Shown one piece after another: positions 8,541-17,821 of a stretch of 57,037 bases of DNA. The translations under genes and the position numbers were made by a program. Below the pieces are notes generated by a model that worked only from the letters and a program-made list of their open reading frames with translations, was not told the origin of the DNA and searched no databases. The DNA lies in the NCBI GenBank assembly GCA_005881175.1, contig VBEN01000015.1:1-57037 (forward strand). The letters are read 5' to 3'. Source of the DNA: Chloroflexota bacterium. GTDB taxonomy: Bacteria; Chloroflexota; Dormibacteria; CF-121. The number at the start of each line of letters is the position of its first letter. The stretch's first letter is position 1.

Positions 8541-10853
8541 GTGGCCTTCGCCTACGGCTTGGGGGCGCGGGTGCGCCGTCGCGAAGACCCTCGGTTGATC
8601 ACCGGCGCCGGCACCTACCTCGACGACCTGCGCCCGGCCGGCCTCTGCCACCTGGTCTTCGTGCGCAGCTATCTGCCGCACGCCAACATTGAGGCGATCG
8701 ACCTGGCCGCCGCCCGCTCGGCGCCCGGGGTGATCGCGGTGGTCACGGCCATCGACATGAAGGGCGCTCCGACCTTCCCGGTGAGCGGGCCGAAGGGCAG
8801 CCGGCTCCCGGAACGTCCCCTTCTCAACGGCGATCGGGTGCGCTTCAGCGGCGACCTGATCGGTTTCATCATCGCGGAAACGCGGGAGCAGGCGCGCGAC
8901 GCGGCCGATCTCATCGCGGTTGAGCTCGACGCGCGTCCGGTCGTCACCGACCCGCTGGCCGCGGCCGACCCGGGCACCGCGCTTATCCACGAGGGCCTTG
9001 GAACGAATATCGCCGATGAATCGACCCGGATCTGGGGTGATGTCGAGGCGGCGTTTAGGGGTGCCCACCGTGTCGTGCGGGCTCGCATTCGCAATCAGCG
9101 TCTGGCCGGCATACCGATCGAGACTCGCGGCGTGGTTGCCACCGCCAACCGCTGGGAGCCGTCGGTCACAGTCTGGTCGGCGACACAGATTCCGCACGGC
9201 GTCCGCGACGAGGTTGCGACCTTCCTCGGCCTGCCCCAGTCCGCGGTACGGGTGATCGCGCCTGAAGTCGGCGGCGGCTTCGGCGCCAAGTTGTCGGTCT
9301 ATCCCGAGGAACTCCTCGTGCCCTGGGCCGCGATGCGATTGGCTCGCCCGGTGAAGTGGGTCGAGGACCGGAGCGAACACTTGCAGGCAACCACTCACGG
9401 CCGCGACCAGATCCACGATGCGGAACTGGCGGTGAGTGCCGATGGAAGCCTGCGCGGGCTCAAGGTGCGGCTGACCGCTGACCTGGGCGCTTACCCAATG
9501 GGCGTCGGACTCCCCCGATTGACCCGCCGGCTTCTGTGCGGCTGTTACCGCCTGCCGGCCCTGCAGGTGGACATCCGGAGTGTGTACACGAACAAGACAC
9601 CGATCGCGGCCTATCGCGGCGCCGGCCGGCCGGAGGCGATCTTCCTGATCGAGCGGATGATCGATCTCGCCGCCCGTGAACTGGGCATCGATCCCGCTGC
9701 CATGCGCCGGCGCAACCTGCTTCCCGCATTTGACGAGCCGACCGCCACCATCAGCGGCGAGCTGTACGACAGCGGCAACTATCCAGCCGTCCTGGAGCGA
9801 GCCCTCACGGTCGCCGGCTACGACCAGCTCCGCGCCAACCAACAGCAGGCTCGCCAGGCAGGTCGGCTCGTCGGCATTGGGGTCTCGTCCTATGTCGAGA
9901 TGGCGGGCTTCGGTCCCGAAGGTGAGCTTTTCGAGAGCGCCACTGTTCGGGCGAATGCGGACGGCGGGATCACGGTCGTCACCGGGACCTCGCCGCACGG
10001 CCAGGGCCACGAAACCGCCTGGTCGCAACTCGTGGCTGTGGAGCTCGGCGTTGCGCCGGATCAGATCATGGTCATGCACGGCGACACCGCAACCGTGCCG
10101 ATCGGCGTCGGCACATTCGGCAGCCGGAGCGCGGCAGTCGGCGGCACGGCGGTCCACCTCGCGGCGGGCGACGTCCGAGATAAGGCGCGCCTCCTCGCAG
10201 CCCATCTGCTGGAGGCGGCGCCGGCCGATATCGTTCTGAACGATGGACAGTGGCAGGTTCGCGGCGTGCCGGGGCGGGCGGTAACGTTTTCGGCGATCGC
10301 GAAGGCGGCGTATGGCGGCGCCCGGCCGGCGGGGATGGAGGCCGGCCTGGAATCCACTCGGTATTTCCAGCCGCCCGGCATGGTTTTCCCCTTCGGGGCG
10401 CACGTGGCCGTCGTCGAAGTCGACCCGGAGACGGGCTCGGTCACGCTGCAGCGCTACATCTCAGTCGATGACTGCGGCCGCGTGCTCAACCCGTTGCTGG
10501 TCGAAGGCCAGGTCCACGGCGGGCTGGCGCAGGGCATCGCGCAGGCCCTCTACGAAGAGGTCGCCTATGGCCCCGACGGATCGCTGCTCAGCGGGAACCT
10601 GACAACCTACATGATCCCGACCGCGCCAGACCTGCCGAGTTTTACTCTGGACCGAACCGTCACGCCAAGTTCGGTCAACCCACTGGGCGTCAAGGGCGTG
10701 GGTGAGAGCGCCACCATCGGCTCGACGCCGACCATCGTGAACGCGGTCGTCGATGCCCTGGGGCCACTGGGGGTGCTGGAGATTGATCCACCCTGCTCGC
10801 CCGAGAAGGTATGGCGCGCCATCGAGTCGGCGCGAAAGCGGCTCGAGCGTTGA
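8541..10853 (+). CDS. Stand-alone xanthine dehydrogenase-family Mo-binding subunit, form-II CoxL-like
   Basis: N-terminus RRREDPRLITGAGTYLDDL. The AYRGAGR active-site loop is at nt 9609-9629. No adjacent 2Fe-2S or FAD subunit genes. Confidence 0.9.
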   Translation: MAFAYGLGARVRRREDPRLITGAGTYLDDLRPAGLCHLVFVRSYLPHANIEAIDLAAARSAPGVIAVVTAIDMKGAPTFPVSGPKGSRLPERPLLNGDRVRFSGDLIGFIIAETREQARDAADLIAVELDARPVVTDPLAAADPGTALIHEGLGTNIADESTRIWGDVEAAFRGAHRVVRARIRNQRLAGIPIETRGVVATANRWEPSVTVWSATQIPHGVRDEVATFLGLPQSAVRVIAPEVGGGFGAKLSVYPEELLVPWAAMRLARPVKWVEDRSEHLQATTHGRDQIHDAELAVSADGSLRGLKVRLTADLGAYPMGVGLPRLTRRLLCGCYRLPALQVDIRSVYTNKTPIAAYRGAGRPEAIFLIERMIDLAARELGIDPAAMRRRNLLPAFDEPTATISGELYDSGNYPAVLERALTVAGYDQLRANQQQARQAGRLVGIGVSSYVEMAGFGPEGELFESATVRANADGGITVVTGTSPHGQGHETAWSQLVAVELGVAPDQIMVMHGDTATVPIGVGTFGSRSAAVGGTAVHLAAGDVRDKARLLAAHLLEAAPADIVLNDGQWQVRGVPGRAVTFSAIAKAAYGGARPAGMEAGLESTRYFQPPGMVFPFGAHVAVVEVDPETGSVTLQRYISVDDCGRVLNPLLVEGQVHGGLAQGIAQALYEEVAYGPDGSLLSGNLTTYMIPTAPDLPSFTLDRTVTPSSVNPLGVKGVGESATIGSTPTIVNAVVDALGPLGVLEIDPPCSPEKVWRAIESARKRLER

Positions 10854-11767
10854 GGCTCTGCACCTACTCGGTCGAACCAGGAGGACCTCGCCTCGGGGCG
10901 CAGTGCGGCAACGCCGTCCTTGATCTGGCTCGCTACTCGCACCTGCATGACGGGTTGCGCCTCCCGCCGGACATGCAGGGCTTGCTCGACGCCGGGGCGG
11001 CGGCCTGGCGCCACGCCGCCGATCTTTGCCGCCGCTTCATCGCCGAACTCGACAGCCATGACCTGGCGCAGGACGCGGAGGCCGGCCTCGCGTATCCGTC
11101 CGAGCGGGTCCGGTGGCACGCGCCCATTCCGCGGCCGCGGAAGGACGTCTTCTGTCTCGGTCAAAACTATGCCGCACACGCCGCGGAATCCGGCAGTCCT
11201 CCACCGCCGGCGCCGATTTACTTCACAAAGCCGCCCACGACCATCATCGGACCCGGCGAGGCGATCCCTTATCCGCAGGGCCTGACCACGCGGCTCGACT
11301 GGGAAGTCGAGCTGGGCGCCATCATCGGAGTCGGGGGAAGGGACATCCCCGAGGCGCGCGCCCTTGATCATGTCTTCGGCTACACCGTCGTCAATGACGT
11401 CTCCGCCCGCGAGCTGCAGTTCCGCACCTCGCAATGGTTCAAGGGGAAGAGCCTTGATGGCAGCTGTCCGATGGGCCCCGTGATCATCACCGCCGATGAG
11501 ATCCCGGATCCGCAACGACTGCGGCTCCGGCTGGCCGTGAACGGCGTGGCCAAGCAGGACAGCAACACCAGCGACATGATCTTCTCGGTTGCGCGGATCG
11601 TCGCCGATCTCTCTGCGGGAATGACGCTCGAGCCGGGAGACTGCATCTCAACCGGGACACCACAGGGCGTGGGTGACGGCCGAAAACCTCCCGAATACCT
11701 CCACCCGGGCGACGTGGTGGAAGCCGAAATTGAGCGGATCGGCGTGCTGACGAATCCGGTTCGCTAA
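10850..11767 (+). CDS. Fumarylacetoacetate hydrolase (FAH) family protein
   Basis: Contains DWEVELGAIIG, VVNDVSAREL and STGTPQGVG. I prefer TTG 10850, which overlaps the upstream stop as TTGA and gives MRLCTY. ATG 10811 is the longer alternative. Confidence 0.85.
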   Translation: MRLCTYSVEPGGPRLGAQCGNAVLDLARYSHLHDGLRLPPDMQGLLDAGAAAWRHAADLCRRFIAELDSHDLAQDAEAGLAYPSERVRWHAPIPRPRKDVFCLGQNYAAHAAESGSPPPPAPIYFTKPPTTIIGPGEAIPYPQGLTTRLDWEVELGAIIGVGGRDIPEARALDHVFGYTVVNDVSARELQFRTSQWFKGKSLDGSCPMGPVIITADEIPDPQRLRLRLAVNGVAKQDSNTSDMIFSVARIVADLSAGMTLEPGDCISTGTPQGVGDGRKPPEYLHPGDVVEAEIERIGVLTNPVR

Positions 11768-12531
11768 GGCTGCAGCTTCCAGTCCTTGAGCATGTCGATC
11801 GCCGGATAGGCGGTCAGATCGTACTGCACCGGCGTGATGGAAACATAGCCGTCGCTCACCATGGCGGCATCCGCCTCGTTCTCCGGCTCCTGCAACCGAA
11901 ACGTGCCATCCAGCCAGTAGTAGGTCTGGTTTCGCGGGTCGGTCCGTTTTTCGAACCGTTCTTCGACGCGCGACTCACCCTGTCGCGTGATCGCGACACC
12001 CTTGATCTTGTCCTCGGGCAGGTTGGGGATGTTGACGTTGAGCAGGGTCTTGTCGGGCAGCCCTTTCGCCAGCACGGCCGCGGCCAGTTTTCGGGTGAAC
12101 CTTGCCGCATAGCTGAAGTCCGGATGCGTAAAGGTTGCCAGCGATACGGCGATCGAGGGAATGCCGAGGATGCGCGCCTCGGTGGCGGCGCTCACCGTGC
12201 CCGAGTAAATGACATTGGTGCCGGTGTTCGCTCCCAGGTTGATCCCGGAGACGACCAGGTCAGGCGGCCTTGGCAGGATCGCCTTGACGGCGATCTTCAC
12301 GCAGTCGGCGGGCATGCCGTTTACCGCGTAACCGAAACGGGTATTGCGCCGCACGACCTCCTTGGTGCGGAGTGGAAGCAGCAGCGTGATGGCGTGTCCG
12401 ACGGCGCTGCGCTCCGCATCCGGAGCGACCACTTCCACCTCGCCGATCTTTCGCAGCTCTTGCCATGCGGCAAGGATGCCCTGGGCATAGATGCCATCGT
12501 CGTTGGTCAGCAGGATCAGCGGCCTGGGCAT
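11764..12531 (-). CDS. surE: 5'/3'-nucleotidase SurE
   Basis: N-terminus MPRPLILLTNDDGIYAQGI, with GINLGANTGTNVIYSGTVSAA. Confidence 0.9.
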   Translation of the reverse strand: MPRPLILLTNDDGIYAQGILAAWQELRKIGEVEVVAPDAERSAVGHAITLLLPLRTKEVVRRNTRFGYAVNGMPADCVKIAVKAILPRPPDLVVSGINLGANTGTNVIYSGTVSAATEARILGIPSIAVSLATFTHPDFSYAARFTRKLAAAVLAKGLPDKTLLNVNIPNLPEDKIKGVAITRQGESRVEERFEKRTDPRNQTYYWLDGTFRLQEPENEADAAMVSDGYVSITPVQYDLTAYPAIDMLKDWKLQP

Positions 12532-12576
12532 GATTTCGCCCTCAATGATGCCGCTTTATACTGGACCTGCGCGACG

Positions 12577-12921
12577 ATGGAAGATCCCATCCTGGAGTTT
12601 CTACGATCCCAGGCTCGGAACTATCGCTGCCGGGTGTGCGGCAGTAACCACAAGGGTTCCCAGCTGCGCAAGATCGGCAATCACAACAACAAATTGATCG
12701 TCCAGGTGACCTGTGGCCGCTGCCGAGATTCCTTCTTCTTGCATGTCGAGTTCGCCGGCTCAATCGTGAATGCCGTCGAAGAGGTTACCCGGGTGGCGGC
12801 CGCCTCGCCCCGCGACACGGATGAGACCGACGGCGATCCGCTGACCCATGACGAGGTGCTTGACGCTCATCAGCGGCTCGCGGCCTTCAACGGTAAGCTG
12901 ACCGACCTGCTGAACGAGTAA
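12577..12921 (+). CDS. Small zinc-ribbon protein, unknown function
   Basis: Has CRVC...(26 aa)...CGRC. This is the internal ATG of track ORF 12124-12921; the 5' part of that ORF is antisense to surE. No strong SD was seen. Confidence 0.5.
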   Translation: MEDPILEFLRSQARNYRCRVCGSNHKGSQLRKIGNHNNKLIVQVTCGRCRDSFFLHVEFAGSIVNAVEEVTRVAAASPRDTDETDGDPLTHDEVLDAHQRLAAFNGKLTDLLNE

Positions 12922-12936
12922 GCCGAAGCCCGGCGG

Positions 12937-13455
12937 TCAGCCGTGCAGGCGCCGGTAGCCGCTTCGGTAGTAGATCAGCGGCCCATCTTCAGAGACGATC
13001 TCCAGGGCGATCACCTGGCCGACGATGACCGTGTGATCGCCGGCCGCCAACGTGCTGTACACGGTGGCTTCGAGGTAACCGGTGGCCTCGTTGAGGATGG
13101 GGGCGCCGGTGGTTCCCACGCGGTAGCCGCCCTCGCGGAATTCTGGCACGGTCAGCCGGGCGTTATCGGCGAAGAACCGCGAGGTCGCCTCGCCGGCCTC
13201 GCCCAGGATGTTGACCGCGAACGCCTTGCTCTCCATCACCAGCCGATGCATGAGCGTCGCCCGCTCGACCACGACCAGAAGCAGCAGCGGCTCCAGCGAC
13301 ACGGAGGCGAAGGCGCTGACCGTCATTCCGTGCAGCCGGTCCGCCACCGCTGTGGTCATCACTGTGACACCGCTCGCGAAGTGCCCCATGGCGTAACGGA
13401 ATGACGTCCTGTCCGGAGGTGTATTCGCGGCGAAGGGCGGTCCGGACACGGGCAA
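12937..13455 (-). CDS. Flavin reductase-like FMN-binding domain protein
   Basis: FRYAMGHFASGVTVMTT...HGMTVSAFASVSLEPLLLLV is typical of the flavin reductase family. Confidence 0.85.
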   Translation of the reverse strand: MPVSGPPFAANTPPDRTSFRYAMGHFASGVTVMTTAVADRLHGMTVSAFASVSLEPLLLLVVVERATLMHRLVMESKAFAVNILGEAGEATSRFFADNARLTVPEFREGGYRVGTTGAPILNEATGYLEATVYSTLAAGDHTVIVGQVIALEIVSEDGPLIYYRSGYRRLHG

Positions 13456-13506
13456 AGGTTACGAGAACGTCAACTTCTAGGCCGGAGTTCGGCTATACTT
13501 TGAATG

Positions 13507-13525
13507 TCCGACTAGTCCAGTCGGA
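13507..13525. promoter_or_regulatory. Inverted repeat TCCGACT-n5-AGTCGGA, a candidate Rrf2 operator in front of the suf operon
   Basis: Perfect 7-bp arms with a 5-nt spacer, ending 5 nt before the Rrf2 ATG (13531). A TATACT -10-like box lies at 13494-13499. Confidence 0.45.
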
Positions 13526-13530
13526 GATCT

Positions 13531-13956
13531 ATGAGATTCTCCACCCGATCGGAATACGGCATCCGCGTGCTGGTGCGGATGGGCCGGGGCTACGGCAATG
13601 GGCCGCTGCCGCTCAATGAGCTCGCCGAGCAGGAAGGGCTTCCCCTCTCCTACCTCGAGCAGATCGCCGGCCAGCTTCGCCGCGCGGGGTTGATAACCAG
13701 CCGGATGGGCGTCAAAGGGGGATACGCGCTGGCCCGCCGGCCGGAGGCGATCTCGATGGCGGACATCGTGCGCAGCCTGGAGGGGTCACTCGCCCCCGTG
13801 AGCTGCCTCGCCGAGGGTGGTGGGCCGGGTGAATGTACCCACGCCGATACACCCTGCTCCGCGCACGCCTTCTGGGAGCAGCTGCAGGGGACCATCACGT
13901 CCACGCTCGAGTCGGTCTCCGTCGCCGACCTGATGAAGGAGGGGCAGCCGGCATGA
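13531..13956 (+). CDS. Rrf2-family transcriptional regulator (IscR/SufR-like)
   Basis: MRFSTRSEYGIRVLV with a wHTH. Cys residues at CLAEGGGPGECTHADTPC are candidate Fe-S ligands. Confidence 0.9.
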   Translation: MRFSTRSEYGIRVLVRMGRGYGNGPLPLNELAEQEGLPLSYLEQIAGQLRRAGLITSRMGVKGGYALARRPEAISMADIVRSLEGSLAPVSCLAEGGGPGECTHADTPCSAHAFWEQLQGTITSTLESVSVADLMKEGQPA

Positions 13957-15188
13957 TCCAGACTCGCACGCTGAACGCCGAAGCCGCGCGGGCCGACTTT
14001 CCGATCCTGGGTCGGCGTATCAACGGCAAGCCACTGGTCTACCTCGACAGCGCGGCTACCTCCCAGAAGCCCGCGGTGGTGATCGACACCATGGACGACT
14101 ACTACCGGCGCTACAACGCCAATCCCCATCGCGGCGTTTACGCCATCAGTGAGGAAGCGACTGCGGCCTACGAGTCGGCACGGCAGCGGGTGGCGACCTT
14201 CATCAATGCGGCCTCGCCAAAAGAAGTGATCTTCACCCGAAACACGACCGAGGCCATCAACCTGGTTCGCTACAGCTGGGGCCGGGCAAACATCCGGTCC
14301 GGCGACCGCATCCTCCTGACTGAGATGGAGCATCACAGCAATCTGGTTCCCTGGCAGCTGCTGGCCCAGGAGGTTAACGCCACGCTCAGCTTTCTGTGCA
14401 TCGATGATGACGGCCTGCTCGAGCTCGAGCAGCTGGACCGCCAGCTCGAGGGTGTGCGGTTGCTCGCCATCACCCACCAGTCGAACACGCTCGGGACCAT
14501 CAATCCAATCAAGGCGGTGGCCGAGGCGGCGCACCGGGCCGGCGCGCTGGTGCTGGTTGACGGTGCCCAGGCGGTGCCACACATGCCGGTCGACGTCCAG
14601 GAGCTCGGGGCCGACTTCTACGCCTTCAGTGGCCACAAGATGTGCGGTCCGACGGGGATCGGCGTCCTCTGGGCCCGACGGTCGTTGCTCGAGTCGATGC
14701 CGCCCTTCCTCGGAGGGGGCGACATGATCAGGCGGGTCAGACTCAACGAGGCGACATGGAACGACCTCCCGTGGAAGTTCGAGGCCGGCACGCCGAGCGT
14801 CGCCGAAGGGATCGGCCTGGGCGCGGCCGTCGACTACCTGACCCAATTTGGCATGGATCGGGTTCGATCCCATGAGCGGACGCTGGTCGATTATGCGATG
14901 GAAAAGCTGCAGGAGGTCCCCGGTATCACCATCTACGGCCCGCGTGACTCCGAGATCCATGGTGGCGCGATTTCGTTCACGCTTGCCAACATCCACCCAC
15001 ACGATCTCGCTACCCTGGTCGACCGCGAGGGGATCGCGGTCCGCGCCGGTCACCATTGCACCCAGCCTCTGATGGACCGGCTGGGCGTGGCGGCGACCAC
15101 GCGGGCGAGCTTCTACATCTATAACCGCGTCGACGAGGTCGACCACCTTGTCAGCGGAATTCAAAAGGCACAAAAGGTGTTCGCATAA
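13953..15188 (+). CDS. sufS: Cysteine desulfurase, SufS type
   Basis: Contains YLDSAATSQKP, the PLP-Lys motif SGHKMCGPTGIG and the catalytic Cys motif RAGHHCTQP. The start forms an ATGA overlap with the Rrf2 stop; the longer track start at 13833 was rejected. Confidence 0.9.
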   Translation: MIQTRTLNAEAARADFPILGRRINGKPLVYLDSAATSQKPAVVIDTMDDYYRRYNANPHRGVYAISEEATAAYESARQRVATFINAASPKEVIFTRNTTEAINLVRYSWGRANIRSGDRILLTEMEHHSNLVPWQLLAQEVNATLSFLCIDDDGLLELEQLDRQLEGVRLLAITHQSNTLGTINPIKAVAEAAHRAGALVLVDGAQAVPHMPVDVQELGADFYAFSGHKMCGPTGIGVLWARRSLLESMPPFLGGGDMIRRVRLNEATWNDLPWKFEAGTPSVAEGIGLGAAVDYLTQFGMDRVRSHERTLVDYAMEKLQEVPGITIYGPRDSEIHGGAISFTLANIHPHDLATLVDREGIAVRAGHHCTQPLMDRLGVAATTRASFYIYNRVDEVDHLVSGIQKAQKVFA

Positions 15189-15190
15189 CC

Positions 15191-15574
15191 ATGAGTGACG
15201 ATCTCTACCGGGAGCAGATCCTCGAGCACTACAAGAACCCGCACCACTTCGGGGAGCTACCTGATGCCGACATCACCCAGGAGGGCGACAACCCACTTTG
15301 CGGCGATGTCATCACCTTCTACCTGAAGCTCGACGATGGGCGGCTGGGCGATGTGCGCTTCCGCGGCCGAGGCTGCGCGATCAGCCAGGCGTCGGCCTCG
15401 ATGCTGACCGACCTGATTGTCGGCAAACCGCTCCAGGAGTTGAAGACCTTTCCGACTAAGGACCTGCTGGAGGAGCTCGGGATCCAGATCAGCCCCGCTC
15501 GCATGAAGTGCGCCACGCTCTCGGTCAATACCCTGCGGGTTGCGCTCAATGGCGATGCGCCGGAGGAGGACTGA
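15191..15574 (+). CDS. sufU: SufU/IscU-like Fe-S cluster scaffold / sulfur acceptor
   Basis: Contains YKNPHHFG, NPLCGD, GRGCAISQASAS and KCATL. Confidence 0.85.
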   Translation: MSDDLYREQILEHYKNPHHFGELPDADITQEGDNPLCGDVITFYLKLDDGRLGDVRFRGRGCAISQASASMLTDLIVGKPLQELKTFPTKDLLEELGIQISPARMKCATLSVNTLRVALNGDAPEED

Positions 15575-15617
15575 ATTGGCTTTGAATTCGGCAGCCGTGG
15601 GTAAACTGACAGAGGTT

Positions 15618-16409
15618 ATGGCAGATTTCGAGATCAAGGATTTGCGCGTGAGCGTCGAGGGCCGCGAGATCCTCAAGGGCGTTTCACTGGCCGTCAACAA
15701 GGGCGAGGTGCACGCGGTCATGGGCCCGAACGGCTCGGGCAAGAGCACGCTCTCGCACACCTTGATGGGTCATCCGAACTACAAAGTATTGGGCGGCCAG
15801 GTGCTCTTCAAAGGGAAGGACATCCTGACGTTGCCGACCGAGCAACGAGCCAAGCTCGGCATGTTTCTCGCCCTGCAATATCCGGTGGTCGTCCCCGGCA
15901 TCACGATGTCGAACTTCCTCCGGACCGCCATCAACGCCAAGCGTGGATTCGACGGCAAGGACAAGTCCAAATCTATCAATGTCAAGGAATTCCGCGCCCT
16001 GCTGAAGAATGAGATGTCCGTGCTTCGGATGGACGATTCCTTCCTCTCGCGCTACGTCAACGAAGGGTTCTCCGGCGGCGAGAAGAAGCGGGCTGAGATC
16101 CTCCAGATGGCGGTGCTCAAACCCGAGATCGCCATCCTGGATGAGACGGACTCCGGACTGGACATCGACTCGATCAAGTTCGTCAGCGACGCCGTCAACA
16201 AGATGCGGGGCCCGGAGCTGGGGGTGCTGATCATCACCCATTACACCCGCGTCCTCAAGTTCATCAAGCCGGACTACGTGCACGTCCTCGTAAACGGGGA
16301 GTTCGTTCGGTCCGGCGGGCCGGAGCTCGCCGACTGGTTGGAGGCAAAAGGCTATTCGGAATGGGTCAAGGAGCCGGACAAGGCGCCGGCGGCCCTGGAG
16401 GCAAGGTAA
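15618..16409 (+). CDS. sufC: Fe-S cluster assembly ATPase SufC
   Basis: Walker [10 protein letters not shown], signature FSGGEKKR and Walker [14 protein letters not shown] 15618 was chosen over the longer track start. Confidence 0.9.
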   Translation: MADFEIKDLRVSVEGREILKGVSLAVNKGEVHAVMGPNGSGKSTLSHTLMGHPNYKVLGGQVLFKGKDILTLPTEQRAKLGMFLALQYPVVVPGITMSNFLRTAINAKRGFDGKDKSKSINVKEFRALLKNEMSVLRMDDSFLSRYVNEGFSGGEKKRAEILQMAVLKPEIAILDETDSGLDIDSIKFVSDAVNKMRGPELGVLIITHYTRVLKFIKPDYVHVLVNGEFVRSGGPELADWLEAKGYSEWVKEPDKAPAALEAR

Positions 16410-17821
16410 TGGCAACCGTCATCCCGCGGATCGACGTTGGCGACAACTACAAGGAGAAGTACGGCTTCTTCGATCCGGAGAAGTTCGTCTTCAAGGCCAA
16501 GCGTGGCCTGAACGCCGATGTCGTGAAAGAAATCTCCTGGATGAAGAACGAGCCGGAATGGATGACGAAATTCCGCCTGCGCGCGCTGCAGACCTTCGAG
16601 AAGAAGGAGATGCCCACCTGGGGCGCCGATCTGTCGGTGATCGACTTCCAGAACATCTATTACTACTTGAAGTCGACGGAGAAGCAGGGCAAGACCTGGG
16701 ATGACGTTCCGGCCGACATCAAGAACACGTTTGACCGGCTCGGGGTGCCGCAGGCCGAGCGGAAGTTCCTGGCCGGTGTGGCGGCCCAGTACGAATCGGA
16801 AGTGGTCTATCACTCCCTGCACAAGGAACTGGAATCGAAAGGCGTGATCTTCACCGACACCGATAGCGCCCTGCGCCAGTACCCGGACCTCTTCAAGGAG
16901 TACTTCGGTACCATCATTCCGCCAGCCGATAACAAGCTGGCGGCGCTGAACAGCGCCGTGTGGTCCGGCGGGTCCTTCATCTACGTGCCCAAGGGCGTCA
17001 AGGTCGAGATCCCGCTCCAGGCCTATTTCCGGATCAATGCCGAGAACATGGGGCAGTTCGAGCGGACCCTCATCATCTGCGATGAGGACAGCTTCGTCCA
17101 CTACATCGAGGGCTGCACGGCCCCGATCTACACCACCGACTCTCTGCACTCGGCAGTGGTCGAGATCATCGTCAAGCGGGGCGCCCGCTGCCGCTACACG
17201 ACGGTGCAGAACTGGTCGACCAACGTCTATAACCTGGTGACCAAGCGTGCGGTCGCCTACGGCGACGCCACCATGGAGTGGGTCGACGGCAACCTCGGGT
17301 CGCAGATCACGATGAAGTACCCGTCGATCTATCTGATGGAGCCGGGCGCGAAGGGCGATGTGCTGAGCGTGGCGTTCGCCGGCAAGGGTCAGCACCAGGA
17401 TGCCGGGGGCAAGGCGGTGCACGTAGCACCGAATACCAGCTCCAACATCGTCTCGAAGTCGATCTCGAAGAACGGCGGGCGAACCTCCTACCGCGGACTG
17501 GTAAAGGTCTATCCCGGCGCGAAGAACTCGAAGTCCTTCGTCCGATGCGACGCATTGCTGCTGGACGAGCAGTCGCGTTCAGACACGTATCCCACGACCG
17601 AGGTCGATGAGCCCCAGGTCCGGATCGGACATGAGGCCACGGTCAGCAAGGTCTCGGACGAGCAACTCTTCTATCTGCAGAGCCGGGGCATCACCCGAGC
17701 CGAAGCCGAGACAATGATCGTCAACGGCTTCATCGAGCCATTCACCAAGGAACTGCCGATCGAGTATGCCGTCGAGCTGAATCGCTTGATCCAGCTCGAG
17801 ATGATCGGCTCCGTCGGGTAG
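16409..17821 (+). CDS. sufB: Fe-S cluster assembly protein SufB
   Basis: Contains [19 protein letters not shown] and the [14 protein letters not shown]-terminal motif. The start overlaps the sufC stop as TAATG. Confidence 0.9.
   Translation: MATVIPRIDVGDNYKEKYGFFDPEKFVFKAKRGLNADVVKEISWMKNEPEWMTKFRLRALQTFEKKEMPTWGADLSVIDFQNIYYYLKSTEKQGKTWDDVPADIKNTFDRLGVPQAERKFLAGVAAQYESEVVYHSLHKELESKGVIFTDTDSALRQYPDLFKEYFGTIIPPADNKLAALNSAVWSGGSFIYVPKGVKVEIPLQAYFRINAENMGQFERTLIICDEDSFVHYIEGCTAPIYTTDSLHSAVVEIIVKRGARCRYTTVQNWSTNVYNLVTKRAVAYGDATMEWVDGNLGSQITMKYPSIYLMEPGAKGDVLSVAFAGKGQHQDAGGKAVHVAPNTSSNIVSKSISKNGGRTSYRGLVKVYPGAKNSKSFVRCDALLLDEQSRSDTYPTTEVDEPQVRIGHEATVSKVSDEQLFYLQSRGITRAEAETMIVNGFIEPFTKELPIEYAVELNRLIQLEMIGSVG

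Noticed and set aside
8433-10403. 656-aa minus-strand ORF
   Set aside because: It is antisense to the well-supported CoxL-like gene (8541-10853). Its Arg/Ala/Gly-rich composition has no motifs, which is the typical high-GC shadow-ORF pattern.
2544-10853. Calling either large Mo subunit a carbon-monoxide dehydrogenase
   Set aside because: Neither contains the form-I AYRCSFR loop. One has AYRGAGR (form II, substrate unknown). The other belongs to an Hcr/aldehyde-oxidoreductase-like set.
12124-12576. 5' extension of the zinc-ribbon ORF (track ORF 12124-12921)
   Set aside because: This part is antisense to surE and translates to low-complexity Arg/Gly sequence. The internal ATG at 12577 starts just after the surE region.
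13650-15173. 507-aa minus-strand ORF
   Set aside because: It is antisense to sufS and has no recognisable domains, so I treat it as a shadow ORF.
16352-17422. 356-aa minus-strand ORF
   Set aside because: It is antisense to sufB, so I treat it as a shadow ORF.
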